From: Acidobacteriota bacterium
GTDB lineage: Bacteria; Acidobacteriota; JAAYUB01
Direction of reading: 5' to 3'
Length of the DNA: 64,000 nt
NCBI GenBank assembly: GCA_040768985.1
Contig: JAXGLX010000002.1
Coordinates: 1,856,637-1,920,636 of the forward strand
The position numbers and the translations under genes were made by a program. A model generated the notes under the pieces. It saw only the letters and a list, made by a program, of their open reading frames with translations. It ran no database searches and was not told where the DNA came from. Numbering within the stretch: position 1 is the first letter of the stretch; each line of letters opens with the position of its first letter. Below, piece after piece: positions 1 to 7,205 of this stretch.

Positions 1-1418
1 CACTCATACACGTTGCCATGGGTGTCGTACAGGCCCCACGGATTGGGCAGTTTCGTCGCCACCGCCGCGGTGGCTCCGGGATCGTTGGCGCAGAACACCG
101 CCGCAGACTCCAGATTCTGGAGCACTCCAGTCACACCACAAAGATCACAGTTTTCGGTGGCTAAGTATGGCTCGTCGATCCAGAATGGCGAAGTCGTGCC
201 CGCCCGGCAACAGTACTCCCACTCGCCTTCGGTCAGCAACCGGTAACCGTCGGCGTCGAAGTCGCAGTAGCACGGCCCGGCGGTGTAGTTGGTGGAGTCG
301 ATGGGGACGGTGAAGCCGGCGTTCGCATAGTAGCACCGGGTCAGCCCCTGCTGCACCGAGAGCAGATTGGCGAACAGCACCGCTTCTTGCCAGGAGACTG
401 ACTGCACCGGATTGTGAATTCCTGATCCGTAGGCGGTATCCGTCGGATCGGCCGGCAGTGCGGGCTGCACCGCCCGCAGGGCCGACCACATCTGTCGGGT
501 CAGCTCGGTGGCCATCACGGCCAGGTTGCGGGTCAGGGTGTGGGTGAATTGATCCTCATCCCCCTGGCGGCACGACTCGCCGGTCGGAGATCCCTGGGTG
601 AACGTGCCCGCCGGGATGTACATCAGGCCGCCCACGATGGAATCGATGACGTATAGATCACCCGGCTGGAGATCCGTCTGCACCGCCGTCGGCGCCGCGT
701 TGAAGAAAACGTGGCGATCGTTGGCCTGGTCCCAGGTGATGGACATGGGAGTCGGAAATACCACCTGATCGCTGCTGATCCGGACCATATCGAAATCGTC
801 GACACCCACCCCCGCCCAGATCCCCTCCGAGATGGAGACCAGCTTGGTGTGGGGGGCGATCGTCATCGGGCCGCTGTCCCCCACCTGGACACCCAGGCGG
901 AATGCCTCGAACCGGACCGCCAGGGATGACTCCAAGGGATTCATCACGGCGATGCCGGTGCCGATGAAATGCTCCTGGATGGTGTTGGGCAGCACGTACT
1001 CCCACGCCAGCGTCTCCTGCATGAAAAACTCGCACAGCGACAGGCTGTCGCCGTAGCGGTACGACAGTTTCGGCCGGACCCGCTCGCTGGCCGCGGTGAC
1101 GGCGCAGGTGCCTTCCACTGCCGCAAGCACGATTTCACCCGGGGCCGGCGAGTAGCCGGGGTCGGCGGGCAGGACCACGCTGGTCGCCGCATGGGCGCCC
1201 ACCGGGTACTCGGTGGATGACACCAACTGTCCGTTGGTATTCCAGATGGTCAGGGTGAAGGTGTGGGGCGCATCGTCGTTGTTGTACACGTCGATGCGGT
1301 TGATCCACGGCGACAGCGCGGTGACATGGGCCCCGTAGTACGTGGCGGCCGCCAGGGGCGCCGCGAGTGCTGTGGCGATGACCACGCTCAGCAGAAACCG
1401 GTGCATTCCGAGTTTCAT
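1..1418 (-). CDS. Secreted FGE-sulfatase (SUMF1/CLec-fold) domain protein, 3' end outside window
   Basis: Translated by hand (absent from ORF track because there is no stop in the window). ATG 1418 with GGAGG RBS, signal peptide MKLGMHRFLLSVVIATALAAPLAA, motifs IPAGTFTQGSP, PVQSVSWQEA, YRLLTEGEWEYCCRAG, PNPWGLYDTHGNVYEW. Confidence 0.85.
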   Translation of the reverse strand, partial: MKLGMHRFLLSVVIATALAAPLAAATYYGAHVTALSPWINRIDVYNNDDAPHTFTLTIWNTNGQLVSSTEYPVGAHAATSVVLPADPGYSPAPGEIVLAAVEGTCAVTAASERVRPKLSYRYGDSLSLCEFFMQETLAWEYVLPNTIQEHFIGTGIAVMNPLESSLAVRFEAFRLGVQVGDSGPMTIAPHTKLVSISEGIWAGVGVDDFDMVRISSDQVVFPTPMSITWDQANDRHVFFNAAPTAVQTDLQPGDLYVIDSIVGGLMYIPAGTFTQGSPTGESCRQGDEDQFTHTLTRNLAVMATELTRQMWSALRAVQPALPADPTDTAYGSGIHNPVQSVSWQEAVLFANLLSVQQGLTRCYYANAGFTVPIDSTNYTAGPCYCDFDADGYRLLTEGEWEYCCRAGTTSPFWIDEPYLATENCDLCGVTGVLQNLESAAVFCANDPGATAAVATKLPNPWGLYDTHGNVYE

Positions 1419-1546
1419 AACATGAACCTCCTCCATGAAAGGTGAGCTTTGATCGCTCCGCCTGTTGTACCGATTGAAAGATATGATTTGACGTGATTGT
1501 ATTGGGATAAATTTCCAAATGCAATCTTTCGATGAACGATAATGTC

Positions 1547-1884
1547 GGTGAATGGGTGAATGGGTAAATCGGTGAATGGGTGAGGGTTCGTTCTCGTAAT
1601 CGTAATTCGTAATCGTGATCGTGATCGTGATCGTAATCGTGATCGTCATCGAAGTTCAAGGTGAATGGGTGAATCGGTGAATGGGTGAATCGGGAGACGG
1701 GAGACGGGAGACGGAAGACGAGAGACGGAAAACAGAAAACGTTAGATGAACGGAAAAACCCGAACCGCGAGCCGCGAATCGCCAGCCCCGAACCGCGAAC
1801 CCTGAACCGCGAGCCCCGATTTCCGATGTCCGATGTCCGCTGATCGGGAACGAGCCTCGAGTCCCGAGCCTCGATCACGATTAC
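1547..1884. repeat. Modular intergenic short-tandem-repeat array
   Basis: Successive blocks (GGTGAATG)n, (CGTRAT)n, (GGGAGAC)n, (CCGAACC/CGCGAGC)n, (CCGATGT)n, (CTCGAGC)n. Confidence 0.9.
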
Positions 1885-2292
1885 TCAGTTACTTCCGAAA
1901 TTCTGCCAAAATTTGGCAAAATTATTCACCGGTTTCTTCCCCCCCTGATCGCCCATCCCAACATCGACCGGCACCGTCTCCGCATTCACGACGAAAATAG
2001 CCAGGCGCAGCCCCGCGAACGCGGGGCAGCGCCTGGAAGGCCAAATAGTTGACGCGCCGCGCCCCGGGTACGGGGCGCGAAGAAAGCGTGTCGGCGGACT
2101 CCACGCTTCCCCGCGCCCCTGTTCAGGGGCGCGTCGGGTAAAAATACTCGGCTGTCCAGGCGCTGCCCGGCTGCGCCGGGCTGCGCCTGGCTATTGTCTT
2201 TGAAACTGGACGGGCTTGCCGAAGATCCAGGATCGCGGCACGGAGCTGAAGTTCACCATCATGCCCCTTTGGTTCCGGCTCCGCCGGGTTGG
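1885..2292 (-). mobile_element. Non-autonomous derivative of the Rep_trans-like element
   Basis: Ends match 2502-4222: TCAGTTACTTCCGAAATTCTGCCAAAATTTGGCAA and TTTGGTTCCGGCTCCGCCGGGTTGG. Interior is unrelated, non-coding and rich in inverted repeats. Confidence 0.8.
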
Positions 2293-2501
2293 GATCACGA
2301 TTACGATCACGATTACGAATCACGAGCACGAGTACGAGCACGATCAGGCAGCGGGCAGGCGGGAGGTACCGCGAGCGGCAGCCAGGGGCGGTCCGCCACG
2401 ACCCCGCGAGCCCCGAACCCCGAACCGCGAACCCCGATGTCCGCAGCTTGGGAACGAGCCTCGAGTCTCGAGCCTCTAGCCTCGATTCCGATTACGATTA
2501 C
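2293..2501. repeat. Modular repeat array with a REP-like unit
   Basis: (CGATYA)n, (CGAGYA)n, GGGAGGTACCGCGAGCGGCAGC (also at ~44072 and ~44300), (CCCCGAA)n, (CTCGAGC)n. Confidence 0.85.
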
Positions 2502-4060
2502 TCAGTTACTCCCGAAATTCTGCCAAAATTTGGCAAGATATCTGGTGATGGCGCGCAACGGTCCGACAAGGCAGGGATGAGGAGGAACTCTTGCAGGGTG
2601 ACACCGGCGGCGATGACTTTACGACCGAGGGCGGTGAGGTAGTACTTGTAGCAGCGGGTGGCTTTGCGAATCAGTCCGCGCAGCCGGAGATTTTTCAATA
2701 GTCGAGACACCTGACTGGTCGTGCCGCCCAGGAGTCGGCGGACGTGACGGTTGCGCAGGCCGTTGACCATGAACTCAGCGCGACCGATGGTGCGCAGGAG
2801 GCGCTGATCGTGAGCGGCGAAAAAGTTCAGTCCGCGATACCGGCGCCCCTGATGGGTGTGCGCGTGCGACAGGTCGTCGAGCCGGCGGGCCCCATCGGTG
2901 GGGTCCTCGAGCTGGGCCAGGAAGTCGAGATAACGGGCGTTGGCCGCCCGCATCACCGGCATCAGTTCGGGCAGCGAATAGATGTGTTTGCGAAAAGGGG
3001 CCTCCTTGCAGACGGTGTGACCGGTCCGCTGTACCACCGGACGGTGGTGCCGGAAGTAGGTGATATCATCGGCCACCGTCTCCACCCGCAAGATGCGGTG
3101 ATGCTTGTCATACATCTTGATGGAGACCGGCCAGAGGGTATGTTTGACACAGGTGCCCTGCGGTCGGGTGACGAACAGGGTGTCCACGGCGCCCTTGGGC
3201 AGATGGGGAAACTGGCGGCCGAAGAATGCCGTCACCCGCTCCGGCTTCGCCGCCAAGATCACCGCGCGCGACAGGTGCTCATAGACCTGGCGCAACGCGG
3301 TCGGATCGCGAAACACGATGTCCGTGGCATACTCCACCTGGGAAACGGACCAGTGATACGTGGTCTCGAACGTCTCCATCACCGGGCAGCAGCGCCGGGC
3401 ATACTCATCGAGCCGGGCATGCAACCGGGCGATCGCCCAGTCGTCCGCCAGCCGCTGCGCCGCGGCATAGTCGGCCACCTGATGGAAGGCGTTGTCCTGC
3501 AGCGTAAACGCCACGCCCGCCGCCGCCAGCCGGTGGGCCAGCCAGGCGTGGCCGTTGAAGCAGACCTGCAGCCGGTACGGGCACCAGGTCGGTACGCGCA
3601 GGTGCAGCAGGCCCAGTTCCGCATCCAGGAAATAGAAATAATAGTGCAGGCACTTGCCGCCCCGCACCGTCAAATAGGGCGCCCCACTCGGGCGGCGGTG
3701 CCGCACCTCGTACGACTCGCAGCGTTCCTCGGCCGACAGAATGCAGACCAGGCCCGGCGTGTCGCCTCGGGCCGCGCGGCGGGCCTGCGCCACCTCTTCC
3801 TTGCGCACGCTGGCCTTCCGGATGAACTCGATCGTCTGCCCGTTCGCCGCGGCCAGCGCCTCCGCGGTCTGTTTGATCCGGTCTCGCAACCCCATCACCA
3901 GCGGCAGATACTCCGTCAGCGGCCGTTGCCGGCTGTGCAGGTAGGCCGCCATCCCGTCCCGGTAGCAGATCGTCGGCAACGTGCCGAAGAGCAGAATCCG
4001 GTCGTAACACGACAGCACGCCGGCAATCTCGTGCGAATAGCGCGTCTGCAGGTTGCTCAT
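2498..4060 (-). CDS. Putative transposase: Rep_trans/gpII-like catalytic motifs plus C-terminal MarR-like winged HTH
   Basis: SQVEYATD / SIKMYDK / ILRVET resemble the Rep_trans R-x-D-x-A-x-D / Y-[DN]-K / R-x-E motifs. wHTH segment QVSRLLKNLRLRGLIRK..YYLTALG. Stop codon lies in the flanking target repeat. Confidence 0.7.
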   Translation of the reverse strand: MSNLQTRYSHEIAGVLSCYDRILLFGTLPTICYRDGMAAYLHSRQRPLTEYLPLVMGLRDRIKQTAEALAAANGQTIEFIRKASVRKEEVAQARRAARGDTPGLVCILSAEERCESYEVRHRRPSGAPYLTVRGGKCLHYYFYFLDAELGLLHLRVPTWCPYRLQVCFNGHAWLAHRLAAAGVAFTLQDNAFHQVADYAAAQRLADDWAIARLHARLDEYARRCCPVMETFETTYHWSVSQVEYATDIVFRDPTALRQVYEHLSRAVILAAKPERVTAFFGRQFPHLPKGAVDTLFVTRPQGTCVKHTLWPVSIKMYDKHHRILRVETVADDITYFRHHRPVVQRTGHTVCKEAPFRKHIYSLPELMPVMRAANARYLDFLAQLEDPTDGARRLDDLSHAHTHQGRRYRGLNFFAAHDQRLLRTIGRAEFMVNGLRNRHVRRLLGGTTSQVSRLLKNLRLRGLIRKATRCYKYYLTALGRKVIAAGVTLQEFLLIPALSDRCAPSPDILPNFGRISGVTE

Positions 4061-4222
4061 GGGTCACCATCTGAGAGAAAGGAATACTCCGATTATAGGC
4101 GATGTGGACCGCATGGAAAATCCTGCCCGCAAGAGAATACATTCCCGGCCGAACGCCGAGAGGCTGATGATCAGCCTTCGAGATACAGATAATGCTTTTT
4201 GGTTCCGGCTACGCCGGCTTAG
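2502..4222 (-). mobile_element. Putative autonomous rolling-circle/ssDNA insertion element with hairpin ends
   Basis: Both termini recur in two shorter elements. It interrupts a (CGTAAT)n array with no TSD and carries one long ORF. Confidence 0.75.
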
Positions 4223-4318
4223 GATTACGATCACGATTACGAATTACGAGCACGAGCACCCAACTCCTATCTCCTGTCTCCTCACTGTTCACCGTTCACT
4301 GTTCACCGTTCACCGTTT
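4223..4318. repeat. Modular repeat array
   Basis: (CGATYA)n, (CGAGCA)n, (CTCCTRT)n, (TCACYGT)n. Confidence 0.85.
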
Positions 4319-4391
4319 TACATAGACCTTGCGGGATGCCGGGATTTTAACTATACTTTGCTTTTGAATCGTTGTTGAACGGAGTTTAAAC

Positions 4392-4796
4392 ATGGAACGG
4401 AAGATCCGCGTGCTCATCGCCAAGCCGGGCCTTGACGGCCACGACCGCGGCGCCAAGGTCATCGCCCGGGCGCTGCGCGATGCCGGGATGGAGGTCATCT
4501 ACACGGGGCTGCGCCAGACGCCGGAGCAGATCGTCGCCGCGGCGCTCCAGGAAGACGTGGACGTGATCGGCATCTCCATCCTCTCGGGTGCTCACATGCA
4601 TCTCTTCCCCAAGATCATGGCCTTGGTGAAGGCCAACCAGATGGACGACGTGCTCGTCTTCGGCGGCGGCATCATCCCCGAGGGGGATGTACCCCAGCTC
4701 CAGGCCATGGGCGTGGCCGCCATCTTCCCCCCTGGCACCTCCACCCAGTCGGTGATCGATTTCCTGAAGGAACGCTTCCAGGCCGCCAAGGCCTGA
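4392..4796 (+). CDS. Cobalamin-binding subunit of methylmalonyl-CoA mutase family
   Basis: [19 protein letters not shown] and GGGIIP B12-binding motifs. Confidence 0.95.
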   Translation: MERKIRVLIAKPGLDGHDRGAKVIARALRDAGMEVIYTGLRQTPEQIVAAALQEDVDVIGISILSGAHMHLFPKIMALVKANQMDDVLVFGGGIIPEGDVPQLQAMGVAAIFPPGTSTQSVIDFLKERFQAAKA

Positions 4797-4815
4797 GCGC
4801 CGCCCCAAACAGATC

Positions 4816-4856
4816 GCGCCCCGGACAGCGGCAGCCGTCCGGGGCGCTGTGTTTTT
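4816..4856 (+). terminator. Rho-independent terminator
   Basis: GCGCCCCGGAC...GTCCGGGGCGC stem followed by TGTGTTTTT. Confidence 0.7.
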
Positions 4857-4898
4857 GCAGGGGCGCCCGCCGCCCGAGCGCGGGCTCCGCCGGCGGCG

Positions 4899-5603
4899 CT
4901 AGCGGCCGCCCTCGGCGAGCATCCGGTGCACCTCCTGGGGGACCGGCCCCTGGGCCCAGAAGCGCAGCTCGGTGATCTCGTCGGGAGCCGAGCGGCCGTA
5001 CTTGTAGAAGATGAGCAGGAACTGGCGGTCGTCGAGGCGGCGGTACTCCTTCAGCGAATCCCATTCCTTCACGAACGCCCGGTCGGCGCACTTGGCCGCG
5101 CCCGTCTCGAAGACGATCTTGTCCTCGCGCAGCACCAGGGTGCCCATGCAGTTGGGCCCGTTGAGGTCCAGCTCGACTTTCAGCCGGTACGGCAGCTCCA
5201 CCGGCTCGGCGGGCTGGCCGGCCGGCGCCATGGCCCGGGGACCCATCCGGCCCTGGATGTAGCCGATGGCGGCCATGTTGTCGGGATTGTCGTCGCGGAA
5301 CTTCAGCACGTACTTCTGCCCCTTGCCGTGCACGGTGTCGGAGAAGAACACGTGGAACTCCCAGGTCGAGTCGAACACGATCCGCTCGATGTTGGCGTAC
5401 TCCCAGATCCGGCCGCAGCCCACGTTCCTGGACTCGAAGATCACCTTGTCGTCGCGCACGATGAGGGTGCCCTGGCACTCGCCGCTGCGGTGGTTGTGCT
5501 CCACCTTGATCTGGTAGAGGGTCTCGGCCAGCGCCGGCGCCGCCAGCACGACGGCGACGAACAGGAGCAGCGCGGCCAGCCGCCAAGTCGCTATCCGATG
5601 CAT
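4899..5603 (-). CDS. Secreted protein with two tandem PH-like domains
   Basis: Signal peptide; internal duplication CQGTLIVRDDKVIFES / CMGTLVLREDKIVFET. Confidence 0.7.
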   Translation of the reverse strand: MHRIATWRLAALLLFVAVVLAAPALAETLYQIKVEHNHRSGECQGTLIVRDDKVIFESRNVGCGRIWEYANIERIVFDSTWEFHVFFSDTVHGKGQKYVLKFRDDNPDNMAAIGYIQGRMGPRAMAPAGQPAEPVELPYRLKVELDLNGPNCMGTLVLREDKIVFETGAAKCADRAFVKEWDSLKEYRRLDDRQFLLIFYKYGRSAPDEITELRFWAQGPVPQEVHRMLAEGGR

Positions 5604-5763
5604 GTGTACCTCCAGGTTCAGATGACGTGGTGTCAGGATAGCTCAATCCGGCCGCCGCCGCAAGCGGCCGGCGGCCGCATTTTTCCAATTTGCGGCTAGC
5701 TTTTTAGCCGGGCACCACGTATACCATTCTTTTACGATCTCGATCCGAATGGAGGACCCACCC

Positions 5764-7131
5764 ATGGACGCCTTGGATTTTTTAGCCCAACATGAAGCCG
5801 ACAACCTGGATCAACTCAAGGAACTGCTGCGGATCCCCAGCGTCAGCGCCCAGTCCGAGCACGCCGCCGACACGCGCCGCTGCGCCGGCTGGGTGGCGGA
5901 CCACCTGCGCGGCATCGGCCTGGCGGCCGAGGTGTGCGAGACCGGCGGCCACCCGGCGGTGATCGCCGAGTACCAGGGGCCCGCCGGCGCGCCGACGGTG
6001 CTCGTCTACGGCCACTACGACGTCCAGCCGGTCGATCCGGTGGAGCTCTGGAAAAGCACGCCCTTCGATCCCATTGAGTCGGACGGCTACCTGCTGGCGC
6101 GCGGCGTCACCGACGACAAGGGCCAGTTCTTCACCCACGTCAAGGGCGCCGAAGCGTGCCTCCGCACCGCCGGCGCGATCCCGTGCAGCCTGAAGTTCCT
6201 CATCGAGGGCGAGGAAGAATCCGGCTCCGCCCACCTGAACGCGTTCATCGAGGCCAACCGCGAGCGGCTGGCCGCCGACGTGGTGGTGATCTCCGACGGC
6301 TGCCAGTACGGGCCGGACATGCCCGCCATCAACTTCGGCCTGCGCGGGCTGGCGTTCGTCGAGGTCCGGCTCACCGGCCCCGACCGGGACCTGCACTCGG
6401 GCTCCTACGGCGGCGCCGTGGCCAATCCCGTGAACATGCTGGCCCGGATGATCGGCCAGCTCCACTTCGCCGACGGCCGCATCCGGGTGCCCGGCTTCTA
6501 CGACCGGGTGTACACCGCCACCGCCTGGGAGCGGGAACAGTTCGCCCGGCTGCCCTTCGACGCGAAGGAATACCGGCGCTCCACCGGCGCACCGGCGCTC
6601 TGGGGCGAGCCGGGCTTCACGCCCCTGGAGCGCACCTGGATCCGGCCCACCCTCGACGTCAACGGCATCACCGGCGGCTACCAGGGCGAGGGGGGCAAGA
6701 CCATCATCCCGGCGTGGGCCTCGGCCAAGATCACCATGCGCCTGGTGCCCGACATGACCCCCGAGGACACGGCGGCCAAGCTCGAGGCGTACCTGCGGCA
6801 GATCTGCCCGCCCTCGGTCCGGCTGGAGGTGATCCACCACGGCGGCGCCCCGGCGGTGCAGGTGCCCGTGGACGGCCCCTGGCTCGAAGCGGCCGCACGC
6901 GCGCTCGAGACGGGCTTCGGCCGGCGCCCCTTCTTCACGAAGGAGGGCGGCTCGATCCCGGTGGTGGGCACCTTCAAGTCGGTGCTGGGCATCGACACCC
7001 TGCTCATCGGCTTCGGCCAGCAGACCGACAATCCGCATTCGCCCAACGAGCGGATGCTCATTCGCGATTTCCACCGGGGCTGCCGCACGGCGGTGGCCCT
7101 GTTCCACGAACTGGCCGGCGTGCGCCGCTGA
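5764..7131 (+). CDS. M20 family dipeptidase
   Basis: YGHYDVQP, RGVTDDKG, EGEEESGS, DLHSG, HSPNE. Confidence 0.95.
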   Translation: MDALDFLAQHEADNLDQLKELLRIPSVSAQSEHAADTRRCAGWVADHLRGIGLAAEVCETGGHPAVIAEYQGPAGAPTVLVYGHYDVQPVDPVELWKSTPFDPIESDGYLLARGVTDDKGQFFTHVKGAEACLRTAGAIPCSLKFLIEGEEESGSAHLNAFIEANRERLAADVVVISDGCQYGPDMPAINFGLRGLAFVEVRLTGPDRDLHSGSYGGAVANPVNMLARMIGQLHFADGRIRVPGFYDRVYTATAWEREQFARLPFDAKEYRRSTGAPALWGEPGFTPLERTWIRPTLDVNGITGGYQGEGGKTIIPAWASAKITMRLVPDMTPEDTAAKLEAYLRQICPPSVRLEVIHHGGAPAVQVPVDGPWLEAAARALETGFGRRPFFTKEGGSIPVVGTFKSVLGIDTLLIGFGQQTDNPHSPNERMLIRDFHRGCRTAVALFHELAGVRR

Positions 7132-7205
7132 CCGCCGGCGGCCGCACGCTTTGGGCGGAGTCCGCAGGATTCCGTCCGCCACGCAATCTGAAGAGGAGTG
7201 ACGAC

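Noticed and set aside
1-1418. FGE-sulfatase/CLec protein as a DGR target
   Set aside because: No reverse transcriptase, Avd or template repeat in the window, and the C-terminus where a variable region would lie is outside it.
1135-1878. Low-complexity ORFs across repeat arrays (also 14380-14961, 33180-33800, 56295-56817, 61557-62026)
   Set aside because: Translations of tandem repeats (HSPI, DHDY, GSRF), with no RBS or domain evidence.
2498-4060. MarR transcription regulator, or IS200/IS605/IS91 transposase
   Set aside because: Far too long for MarR, with the wHTH only at the C-terminus; no HUH plus Y1/Y2 arrangement and no TnpB recognisable.
2744-4192. Long antisense or alternate-frame ORFs (also 6678-9398, 58665-61418 and others)
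   Set aside because: Shadow ORFs of real genes, expected in high-GC DNA.
6156-7205. 1101-aa fusion ORF upstream of the S9 peptidase (similar extensions on mrpB, mrpD and the radical SAM gene)
   Set aside because: Extensions overlap upstream genes out of frame; the true starts have an RBS, signal peptide or stop/start overlap.
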